Below, in pieces: positions 1 through 10,906 of a stretch of DNA of 64,000 bases. The notes under the pieces were generated by a model, which was given only the letters and a program-made list of their open reading frames with translations, did not search any database and was not told the origin of the DNA. The DNA is from Atractiella rhizophila. Lineage: Eukaryota. Both the position numbers and the translations under genes were made by a program. Positions within the stretch are counted from its first letter, which is position 1. Every line of letters begins with the position of its first letter. Location: positions 1 to 64,000 of the forward strand of contig MU271388.1 of assembly GCA_021432655.1 (NCBI GenBank), given 5' to 3'.

Positions 1-1709
1 GTGTACAACCCACAGAAGACACTTTATGAGCAGTTCACGCAGTTGAACAACGAGAAGGAGCGGGAGTTGGCTGCTCAGAATGGAACGGCGGGAGAGCGGG
101 TGGTGACCGCCGAACAGATGATTGGGATGGGGAGGAGTACTCAGTCGCATAGTGTGGAGACGAAGGCGGAGGAACGGGAGATGGAGGGAGAGATGGGCAA
201 GGAGCAGAAGAGTCCGCCTACACTCACGACTTCGGATTTCTCGACTCAGCCACCTCAATTGATGGCTGGTCCCAGCGGAGAAAGCAGTCAACAGTCCCCA
301 GGAGGCTCTCAAATCCTCCTCATGCCTCCATCATCATCCACCTCCTCAGCCTCGCCTTCTCCCAATCCATCCACCGCCTCGTCCGCAGGCCCAGCCGGAC
401 CGATCAAGCGCTCGTTCACCGATCCGCAGGCGTCTGCGATCTTTGGCGCTCTTTCCCTCTTCGAGGGCTCGCCCACTTACAAACAGAGGAGGAAGCCGAC
501 AGGAAGGAAGAGCAGCGTCCAGCCTAAAGAGGGAGGGATGGGAGGAAAGAAGGAAAAGAGCCAAACGCCGGCTCCCATTCAGACGCTTCCTCCGAACGTT
601 CAAGCTGCATATCCTATTAACACTATATACCCTCCTTCCTCAGCCCCGCCTCATTATACCTCTTCGTTCGCTGCAACTGGCCCTCTCGTCTCCGCTCATC
701 CGAGTTATGGTGGACATCGAAGCGCTCCGTATCCTCAACAAGGGTACACCCCTATGGTGGGACAAGGAGAGGTTATGATTGCTCAGAATACCCCCAATGG
801 GATGGTGATGCAGAGGAGCTATCAGTGTCCTCTGTTGACGTGCGGGAAACTCTTCAGGAGGTTAGAGCATCTGAAGAGGCATGTGAGGACGCATACGATG
901 GAGAAACCTTTTATTTGTACCTATTGTGAAAAGAGGTTTGCTAGATCGTACGTGTCTTCGTTTTGTTTGCGCTGGAAAGTCAATTGAGACATTGTTGTGA
1001 CAGGGACAATCTAACCGCGCATATTAAGAATGTGCATGAGAAATTGTCGGATTCCCCCAGTAGCTATCAGGATCCAGACGAGGATATGGAAATACAAGCG
1101 ATGGCGACAGTCGTGGATGGAATGTCGTCCCACTCGTCAGATGGAGAGGCATCCGACCAGTCACACGGTCCATCGTCTGCAAGCACATTCCATCAACCCC
1201 ATGCCTCCTACGCGACATACGACCAAAGCCAACAATGGCTCCGCACTTCTCCCACGGTGCTCACTCCCAACCCTTCAGATGGAGAAGGTTTCGATCGTAC
1301 CTCGCCAGCGAACACGAACGAGCCGTCGCCCAGCACGTGGAGCTCTTCACCTGCGACGTTCTCTGCTCCAAATCTCGTGCGGTCCGAGAGCCTTTCGCTG
1401 CCCCGAGAAGGTGTACCCCTTCAGGCGCCGTCGTTGTTGAGGAGACACCATTCGGCCGCTCCGCCTTTGACTATGAAGAACTCTCAGATGGAATATGTGC
1501 AATCTCAGCCTCAACAAACTTTCCAGTATCATCCATACCCTCATCAGTATGCATTCCAGCAGCATCCAACTCATCATTTGTCAATGGATCCAACGACGAC
1601 GACTATCGGAATGGGATTCGAGGGATTCGATCCGAATTACAGACTCGCGACGTTCGATTACACCCATCCTGTCACGAATACTCAGGAGGGATATTCGACG
1701 GGATTCTGA
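1..1709 (+). CDS. STE12: STE12/SteA-like transcription factor, 3' part (two C2H2 zinc fingers); 5' end lies outside the window
   Basis: [13 protein letters not shown] motif typical of fungal Ste12/SteA proteins. Fingers [23 protein letters not shown] and [22 protein letters not shown], the second completed by removing a GT-AG intron at 948-1003. Confidence 0.8.
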
Positions 1710-3967
1710 GCGCCAAGAGTCGTTTATCGATCGTTTTCCCAAACAACGATCCAAAGAGAGGAGAGGAGCAACTTCTTTCTGTGTCTGTTGTCAACAATTT
1801 ACCTCTCCCCATACATGGCTCCCCTCTCGCCAAATACCTTATTGATTCGCTTCGAAACTCATCTGCTGGAACCAACCTTTTTTGAAAAAGGACTGGGTTA
1901 TTAGTCACCTCATAATCGAACAGTCAATCAACCCATCGACAACGCTCGGAAGTGGTCGTGGTCTCGTATTTAATCCGCCATCCATGCTCTGCCTCACCTT
2001 ATTATTTCTTCAAAAGGAGCTGGTGCAACTTTTGTGATATTGGGCCTGCTTTTTAGGGATTTCAAACTTCTGGAGCAGCGCTCTCGAATTCATTCATCTC
2101 ACCTCTCCCCGTAACCCTGCCTCGTTCGTTCTTCGCTTTCGATTCGATTCGATTGGGATGCACAGTTCCTGCTACTACCGATGGCACCTTTTTTGTCGTG
2201 TCTTTCTTTTCAGTGTGATTCCCTTCAGTGGATTTGACCGGCCTGTCCAGTGGATAACGCAATATACCTAACTTTTCTCACTGTGCATTTGTTTGATTCG
2301 TTCTTGGAATTTAACCGCGACTTGTTGACCGTTAGTACCCCCCACAGTAGCAGTGTGACCCTCTCGAATATCCTTACTTGCTTCCAGTTACCTTAGGCTT
2401 CGCTTCGAAACTTTCGAATTCAAAATATTTGTAAAATGCAAGAGTTTTCCCCCTTCAGTGGTGCCGTTTCCCTTTGGTTCGATTTTTATTTTTGAGAACT
2501 GAGTGTCTTATCGAGTAGTGTCTGTCTTTTACTGCTTTTACTGCATTGGAGTGAAGAAAATGAAGAAATACCATACACAGGCAAACCACAATCCTTCTTG
2601 ATATCGAAGCCAGAGTCTTTGAGGAAGGAAGCTTGAAATCATGCTGAGCATGCCGAAGTTGTGGAGTACATAAACATTCGAAAGCAGGGAAAGTCAACAA
2701 TGCTTACGGTTACACTTGTTCGCAACGCAAGAAAGCTTCATGGACCTAACAGACTTTCAATCAACCAAGACTCAGCTCAGCTTCATACAGGCTTTACACT
2801 TCTAGCTTCAAGCCGCTAGAAGTTCCCTGCAAGATCAAATGAACGGCAGTTCGAAAGATCGGTATGACAGGCAGGCCACTTTCACGCTTCCGAAATTGCA
2901 GTTAAAGGTCCACTTCATCGCTAGCCACTGTCTTTATAACGATTAGAAATTAGCCACGCACGTTTCCCAATCATTTTGGATTTGGCCTAACTTCGCGTTG
3001 CCGTAAGTGTCTCTGCTTCATGTTCTCAAAGGTATCTGTCGTCACTGGTTTCCTGTGCCTGGTCATGCCTAACTCAACAGTATGCATTCTTGATAGCAGA
3101 GTTGTCAACATTTAGCATGTTGGCCGATCGGGGTTCCTTGTTCCCTTGTTGTTCATGTTCGATTTCTGTTTCCATTTTCAACCACCATCCCCAAGCACGA
3201 AATTTCCTCAACGCTACTCCCAGAAGCCTTTCCAACGTGTTGCAACAATATGAAGGACGCCTCAGTCCTCAGTGCTGCATTTCTCTGCGCCATTTTCAAA
3301 AAATTTTGCGAATTTCAACCCTTTCAGAGAATGAAGATTTTTCATGTTTACAGCCTCAAACGACATCATCTCATGGTTCTTGGTCGAACATGGAGCTTTA
3401 CTGGCGTCTATGCGAAGGATGTCACCCCTATAATTATTCGGGGTTAATGATATGAAAGTTAGGCATTAAAGTTGGTCTGTTCGGCCTTCTCGACTGGAGG
3501 GCAACATCCATGATTTGTTTGCTTGAGGCGACAAATATTGATTTAATTCATAATTTGACAGCAATTCATAACGAAGGTGCGCTCCTTGTTATCATCTCAG
3601 ACATTATGGGGGCTGCGGAGTGTGTTGGGGACATTATGTTGCGGTTTGTTGTCAAATCCGTAAACAACCGCGGGGCATGCAAATGTAGCGGTTCCTTACC
3701 GTCTCATCAAGCTCCTAATTACAAAGGGAATTGATGAGAGGGTGAGCGGGCCGTTTAGCACCACGAAATGCGTGCACTTACATGCAATTCCCCTTTGTTC
3801 TTCTCTGGCCCTGTCAACGATCTAATGCAGTGGAGGAATCACCCAGATGAAGAGTTGCATCGGGGAGAAAGGTCGCAACTTCCAATCCTGTGTTTTGGTT
3901 GACGAACTTGTCTCCCCTAAGCTTGGGGTTTGATAACACTATTTTTCCAAACTTTGTCCCTTTTTCC

Positions 3968-3974
3968 TATAAAA
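3968..3974 (+). promoter_or_regulatory. TATA box (TATAAAA) upstream of the orphan gene at 4026
   Basis: TATAAAAG about 55 nt before ATG 4026; also present in copy 2. Confidence 0.45.
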
Positions 3975-4025
3975 GGAGGACCTAAAAAGTGCCAAAAAAT
4001 TCCCCACAAAGGTCAAAATACGAAA

Positions 4026-4672
4026 ATGACTCTTCTGCAAGTGGAAAATGTCAACACAGCTCCTGACAACCGCAATCTCTTCCCTGAAGCGGCAGGAAGC
4101 CCGTGTGTTTTCTGGTACCGTTCATTGTCATCTTGTGTTAATTTTCGAGCACAGTGAAGCCGCAAAAATTCTTGCATATTGGCGAGTGGTTCTAAGGGAC
4201 AATGGAGAAGGCAAAGTGGACGCAGTAAGCTTGTACGCGTCTCACTGCCGTCAATTTTCTGTCCTGATATTTACCCAAAACGAAAAGACTCAATATGGAG
4301 CGAAACCTGGAGGTTCTCCTCACTTGCCCTCACGATGGATTTTCCGAGCTTCCCTCCGGTAGCCTCAGTTCAAAAGGCTTCTTTCTCTACCGCTTTGACG
4401 TCGTCTACTCATTGTTAAATTTCTGGAGCCCAAACCTGTCAGACTCCCACGCCATCTTAATTGGACGCATGAAGACGCAATGGTGGGAGGAGGAAGAGAG
4501 CGTCCGTCAGTGGTACAACAATGTGGACTTTTGGATCTGGGCTCATCGTTTCAGAGAACCTCGGTACCACACTCCGCCTCCGGCGCCTCTCCCGGTGATC
4601 CGAGAAGCAGAAGGAGGGGCAAGTAATGGTGAGAGACACAGGAGAAAGAGACAAAAGAAGAATAGTGCTTAG
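4026..4672 (+). CDS. Orphan spliced gene, copy 1 (exons 4026-4102, 4155-4224, ~4301-4672), basic NLS-like C-terminus RHRRKRQKK
   Basis: TATA box, GT-AG introns, and inter-copy substitutions that are mostly synonymous in these frames. The second acceptor is uncertain. Confidence 0.6.
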
Positions 4673-4789
4673 AAAACGGATTCTGAATGACTTTGACTTT
4701 CTCATGTAGTTTTTTTTGTTCAAGGATCTATTCCCAATCTGTGTCTTTTTGTCATGTAATGTGTCAAAATTGGAATGGTTACTTCAGCC

Positions 4790-4981
4790 TCAATCATCAA
4801 TGGTAACTGCAACAATGCTGAACGTCATTTCCTGTTCGTTGCTCAGAAACTTTCGTGCTGTCCAATCCATCGCCCTTTCTGAAAGCACGTCTTCCTCGGC
4901 TCCCAGCTGTCCTCTAACCAATGGGCCGTCCAACGCTCCGTTCAGTTCCCACAACGTTCCATCTTCTACCTTCACGAAGGC
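4790..4981 (-). other. Truncated 3' fragment of the UCH gene inside duplicate copy 1
   Basis: Same sequence as 7494-7685 (VKVEDGTLWELNG...IVAVTIDD), cut off at the duplication junction. Confidence 0.85.
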
Positions 4982-6728
4982 AACTGTGCATTTGTTTGAT
5001 TCGTTCTTGGAATTTAACCGCGACTTGTTGACCGTTAGTACCCCCCACAGTAGCAGTGTGACCCTCTCGAATATCCTTACTTGCTTCCAGTTACCTTAGG
5101 CTTCGCTTCGAAACTTTCGAATTCAAAATATTTGTAAAATGCAAGAGTTTTCCCCCTTCAGTGGTGCCGTTTCCCTTTGGTTCGATTTTTATTTTTGAGA
5201 ACTGAGTGTCTTATCGAGTAGTGTCTGTCTTTTACTGCTTTTACTGCATTGGAGTGAAGAAAATGAAGAAATACCATACACAGGCAAACCACAATCCTTC
5301 TTGATATCGAAGCCAGAGTCTTTGAGGAAGGAAGCTTGAAATCATGCTGAGCATGCCGAAGTTGTGGAGTACATAAACATTCGAAAGCAGGGAAAGTCAA
5401 CAATGCTTACGGTTACACTTGTTCGCAACGCAAGAAAGCTTCATGGACCTAACAGACTTTCAATCAACCAAGACTCAGCTCAGCTTCATACAGGCTTTAC
5501 ACTTCTAGCTTCAAGCCGCTAGAAGTTCCCTGCAAGATCAAATGAACGGCAGTTCGAAAGATCGGTATGACAGGCAGGCCACTTTCACGCTTCCGAAATT
5601 GCAGTTAAAGGTCCACTTCATCGCTAGCCACTGTCTTTATAACGATTAGAAATTAGCCACGCACGTTTCCCAATCATTTTGGATTTGGCCTAACTTCGCG
5701 TTGCCGTAAGTGTCTCTGCTTCATGTTCTCAAAGGTATCTGTCGTCACTGGTTTCCTGTGCCTGGTCATGCCTAACTCAACAGTATGCATTCTTGATAGC
5801 AGAGTTGTCAACATTTAGCATGTTGGCCGATCGGGGTTCCTTGTTCCCTTGTTGTTCATGTTCGATTTCTGTTTCCATTTTCAACCACCATCCCCAAGCA
5901 CGAAATTTCCTCAACGCTACTCCCAGAAGCCTTTCCAACGTGTTGCAACAATATGAAGGACGCCTCAGTCCTCAGTGCTGCATTTCTCTGCGCCATTTTC
6001 AAAAAATTTTGCGAATTTCAACCCTTTCAGAGAATGAAGATTTTTCATGTTTACAGCCTCAAACGACATCATCTCATGGTTCTTGGTCGAACATGGAGCT
6101 TTACTGGCGTCTATGCGAAGGATGTCACCCCTATAATTATTCGGGGTTAATGATATGAAAGTTAGGCATTAAAGTTGGTCTGTTCGGCCTTCTCGACTGG
6201 AGGGCAACATCCATGATTTGTTTGCTTGAGGCGACAAATATTGATTTAATTCATAATTTGACAGCAATTCATAACGAAGGTGCGCTCCTTGTTATCATCT
6301 CAGACATTATGGGGGCTGCGGAGTGTGTTGGGGACATTATGTTGCGGTTTGTTGTCAAATCCGTAAACAACCGCGGGGCATGCAAATGTAGCGGTTCCTT
6401 ACCGTCTCATCAAGCTCCTAATTACAAAGGGAATTGATGAGAGGGTGAGCGGGCCGTTTAGCACCACGAAATGCGTGCACTTACATGCAATTCCCCTTTG
6501 TTCTTCTCTGGCCCTGTCAACGATCTAATGCAGTGGAGGAATCACCCAGATGAAGAGTTGCATCGGGGAGAAAGGTCGCAACTTCCAATCCTGTGTTTTG
6601 GTTGACGAACTTGTCTCCCCTAAGCTTGGGGTTTGATAACACTATTTTTCCAAACTTTGTCCCTTTTTCCTATAAAAGGAGGACCTAAAAAGTGCCAAAA
6701 AATTCCCCACAAAGGTCAAAATACGAAA

Positions 6729-7376
6729 ATGACTCTTCTGCAAGTGGAAAATGTCAACACAGCTCCTGATAACCGCAATCTCTTCCCTGAAGCGGCAGGA
6801 AGCCCGTGCGTCTGTCTGGTACCGTTCATTGTCATCTTATTTTAATTTTTGAGCACAGTGAAGCTGCAAAAATTCTTGCATATTGGCGAGTGGTTCTAAG
6901 GGAAAATGGAGAGGGCAAAGTGGACGCAGTAAACTTGTACGCGTCCCACTGCCGTCAATTTTCTGTCCTGATATATATCCAAAACGAAAAGACTCAATAT
7001 GGAGCGAAATCTGGAGGTTCTCCTCACTTGCCCTCACGATGGATTTTCCGAGCTTCCCTCCGGTAGCCTCGGTTCAAAAGGCTTCTTCCTCTACCGCTTT
7101 GACGTCGTCTACTCATTGTTAAATTTCTGGAGCCCAAACCTGTCAGACTCCCACGCCATCTTAATTGGACGCATGAAGACGCAATGGTGGGAAGAGGAAG
7201 AGAACGTCCGTCAGTGGTACAACAATGTGGACTTTTGGATCTGGGCTCATCGTTTCAGAGAACCTCGCTACCACACTCCGCCTCCGGCGCCTCTCCCGGT
7301 GATCCGAGAAGCAGAAGGAGGGGCAAGTAATGGTGAGAGACACAGGAGAAAGAGACAAAAGAAGAATAGTGCTTAG
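6729..7376 (+). CDS. Orphan spliced gene, copy 2 (probable allele of 4026-4672)
   Basis: Same structure; the intron 1 donor here is GTGCGT. Confidence 0.6.
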
Positions 7377-7493
7377 AAAACGGATTCTGAATGACTTTGA
7401 CTTTCTCATGTAGTTTTTTTTGTTCAAGGATCTATTCCCAATCTGTGTCTTTTTGTCATGTAATGTGTCAAAATTGGAATGGTTACTTCAGCC

Positions 7494-8267
7494 TCAATCA
7501 TCAATGGTAACTGCAACAATGCTGAACGTCATTTCCTGTTCGTTGCTCAGAAACTTTCGTGCTGTCCAATCCATCGCCCTTTCTGAAAGCACGTCTTCCT
7601 CGGCTCCCAGCTGTCCTCTAACCAATGGGCCGTCCAACGCTCCGTTCAGTTCCCACAACGTTCCATCTTCTACCTTCACGAAGGCCGTAAAATGATGATA
7701 GGCTTCTATTTCCTTAGGCAGTCCGTTGCTATCACCAGTCGCGGCTGCGATCTCATATACTCGATGGAGCTCCTCGCTGTCGTAAAGCACCTTCGTCCTC
7801 GCCTCTGGCTTTAAAGGGATCGCCTCCTCGAGCAAACGATCCAACAATGACCCCTTGGCGATTTCCTTTCTCGCTCTCCCATTGCTCAGCGCATGGATCA
7901 GCGCCATCAATCCACACACGTTTCCCATCGTCTGTCGGAACCAAACGACAGGTTCATCGGCGCCGTAGCCATCGTATATTTCCATGGATTCTTTCACAGG
8001 CTTGTGCACCCTGTGTGCGGAGGAACCAGGGCAGAGGAAGATGAGGCATGGACGGGATGGGGAATGGAACTGGAGAGGTAGGAGGGATCGAGGGAGAGGA
8101 CGTCGTGGAAACGGATCTTGGATGAAGCGCCGAGTTCTCTGGCGAGAGGTGCGAAAACCGCTGGGTTGTTTTCTGCCACATCCATCAATATCCACTGTAG
8201 TCATCAGAGAGGTATACTCACCCAATGGCGCGAAACGCTTCTGTGTCCCTTCAGTCCAGCGTCCCAT
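7494..8267 (-). CDS. Ubiquitin C-terminal hydrolase (peptidase C12, YUH1/UCHL3-like) with an apparent 1-nt frameshift near 8045
   Basis: PL/ENNPAVF across intron 8173-8221, FHDVLSLD, QTMGNVCGLMALIHALSN (catalytic Cys), HHFTAFVK (His), LWELNG. The reading frame changes between PVHA and LIFLCP. Confidence 0.85.
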   Translation of the reverse strand: MGRWTEGTQKRFAPLGEYTSLMTTVDIDGCGRKQPSGFRTSRQRTRRFIQDPFPRRPLPRSLLPLQFHSPSRPCLIFLCPGSSAHRVHKPVKESMEIYDGYGADEPVVWFRQTMGNVCGLMALIHALSNGRARKEIAKGSLLDRLLEEAIPLKPEARTKVLYDSEELHRVYEIAAATGDSNGLPKEIEAYHHFTAFVKVEDGTLWELNGALDGPLVRGQLGAEEDVLSERAMDWTARKFLSNEQEMTFSIVAVTIDD

Positions 8268-8756
8268 TTTCAAGTTATTCTGATTTTTTCACACCTTTTC
8301 AAAGTTTGCGCTCTCCAATGGTCTTCAAGCTTATAAAGCTTTATGACAGGCTTACGCGTACGCTCCTTCGCATTTTCCCTCGTCCCATCAGGCTTATTGT
8401 AATGGTGAATTACATAACATGCGGGCGAAGTGGGGAAGGAAATAGGCCGAGTCTACTCCCCTCTCTGCTGAGTCTAAAGATGCTGTCCAAGGTGCAAACT
8501 AATTATTGACATGATGGAGCATTGTCATAGTATCGTTCATCACAACTCACGCTTCATTTGCCCATTTCTGATACTGTGAGACTCGGACTTGCATGCATTG
8601 ATGGTACAGGTTTTGTCACTACTGTAATGGAGAAGTGAATCCAATCAAAAGAACGCAGAAGGCAGAACCCAACATTGAGAAGCAAAGGAAACCACACTCC
8701 TTCCATCCACTAATCTCCACTCTCTCCATCCCAACAATTCCCATCGATGTAACCTA

Positions 8757-10619
8757 TCAACCCTGAGAGAAGGGGGGCGGCATGGCATAACCCTCCATTC
8801 CAGGTGCCCCAGCCCCACCCATCATTCCGTTATGAATTCCCATTCCATCCTGAGCAGGCGGGAGTCCAGCGGCCAACTGTCCCATCGTAGCGAGGGGTCC
8901 ACCGCCATTGACGGGTGGGAGTTGTGGGGGCATGGAGTGCATGGGCAGCGGGGGAGATTGGGAGGGGTGCATCGGGGGAGGAGGCGACACGCCTTGGTGT
9001 TGGTGCATTTGCATTTGCATTTGCATTTGAGGAGGAGGGGATTGGGAGGGGTGCATGTGCGGTGGGGGGGATTGCATCAGTGGTGGTGTCGGTGTTTGAG
9101 GCGGAGCGCCAACCGAATGGCCTGCTGGGACGCCTAGTTCCACCCAACCAACCAACGATAAAGATCAACAGACAGGTTTATAAGGGAGGGGACGCACCGG
9201 TGAGACCACTAAGTTCCATGGCACAGCTACAAAACACGAGCGCCCTCTTGACGACCAACTGTCTCGGGATCCTCTTCTTCTTCTTCTGCGCCCCCGCCGC
9301 CGCCAAATTGACCGCCGTGATTCCCCCCTGCTCGCCCTCCGCTCCATCCACATCGATCGCCTGGACCTTCACCAGTCCCGGAAAGACACAACAGCCGACC
9401 CGCTCCATCTCTCCCCTCTCCGCCCGCGCACACCTCTTCACCAGCTCGATCGGTCCGGGTTCGAGGACGGATCCGACCTCGGGGACGAAGGCCTTGAAGA
9501 AGCTGGAGCCCTCGGCGGCGGCGGCGCCGGTGCGGCCGGAGGCGTGGAGCATGCGCGAGAAGGTGTAGGCGGAGGTGAGGAGCTGGGAGAGGGAGGGGTC
9601 GAGTTGGGAGGGGTGCGGGGAGATGATGGGGAAGGTGCTGGGGAGGTGTTCGGTCAGGATGGTGAGTGCGAGAGAGGGATCGATCGAGTCCACGGCGGCG
9701 GAGAAGGTCTGGCGTCGCCAGACGGCGGCTACGAGAGGTTCCCCTGTTCGTTGTCAGTATGAACGCTAATCATGCTAAGAATGGAAGCAGGAGAACAGGG
9801 GAGGGAGAAGTGGCACTCACGGACGAATAGATTCTCATGGATCTTCGTAAGCTCCCTATTGGCTTCGCTACTGCTAGTCACGACCAATTCATTAACGATT
9901 CCCTCCGTGATCATCTCTCCCACCGCATGTCTAAGCAAACCCTGCAGGACGACTTTCAACGACTGATGATTCCACCCCAGTTGATCCCTAAGATGAACCA
10001 AGAACGGAATCTCGCTCCACCCCTCCAAATCCTCATACAACCCCTCTCCAAGCGGTCTAAAAGACTGAACCACATCCAAGCCCCTCTGCGCACCCTCTCC
10101 AACAAGCTGTCCGATCTTGTCGGCCGCCCACCGGTTCACGGCTCGCTCCAGGGCCCCGCTTTGACGGCCGATGGAGTAGTCGTCGACGGAGAGGGAACCC
10201 TTGTTGGACGTCGTGGAGGAGAGCGCCTGGATGAAGGAGTCGTCGGACCCCTCGAGCAGGGAGATCCGGTGGCGGAGGAGCGCGACTTGCTTCTCTTGCT
10301 CCAGCATCTGCACCCGTCGGGACTCGGCGCGCTCTGCGGCGATCCTGTATATATCATGTTTAGAACGCCATCTCTTTCTGGATAGAGAATAGACGCACCT
10401 GAAGTTCTTGTGGAGGTGATCATACTCTTCTTGTGTTATCCATCCTTTGTTAGATTGAATCAGCTTGTGCGGTTAGAAGAGGGAGAGGGAAGTGCACCTG
10501 GTGGAGGGTTGGAGGGCGAGAAGACGGACGGCGCACGCTGAGAGTAGCCATGATCCCATTTTACTTCTTTACTTGGTATATGGATGAGATGGACGAACCT
10601 GGGAGCCGTATTGCGACAT
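8757..10619 (-). CDS. Multi-exon hypothetical protein with an N-terminal coiled coil and a Pro/Gln/Met-rich C-terminus
   Basis: Exons splice in frame: MSQYGSQ/RAPSVFSPSNPPP/GWITQEEYDHLHKNF/RIAAERAESRRVQMLEQEKQ..., continuing through ORFs 9729-10313, 9178-9693 and 8757-9155 with canonical splice sites. Confidence 0.75.
9004..9027. repeat. (TGCATT)4 coding microsatellite (QMQMQM on the minus strand)
   Basis: Directly visible in the sequence. Confidence 0.8.
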
Positions 10620-10906
10620 GCTCTTCAGCTCGACACTGCGGTGTTATATCTTGTATCTTGTATCTGCCTGTGTCGCTGGGGATGTTCAGACCTGAGATCG
10701 TCTGAGAAGGAGAGAAGGAGAAGGTGTACACTAAACTCCGGTAGTTATAGACTAAGCGCTCGGATGCCCGAGTGCCGAAGCGACCTCGTTCGACAAGTGC
10801 AGACTTGGTCGCACTCTTTCTTCCCTTTCCTTCCACCGCCTCATCATCTCCATCTCCATCTCCATCTATCCCATATCCCATATCCCACACACCACTACAC
10901 TCCAGC

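Larger units (their letters stand above)
2280..7685. repeat. Near-identical tandem duplication: copy 1 at 2280-4981, one extra A at 4982, copy 2 at 4983-7685
   Basis: Identical ORF translations at offset 2703/2704. The differences I could see are clustered at 4067-4564 of copy 1. Confidence 0.97.

Noticed and set aside
2280..3900. Transposon or LTR origin for the duplicated non-coding DNA
   Set aside because: No terminal repeats, target-site duplication, or transposase/RT motifs were seen.
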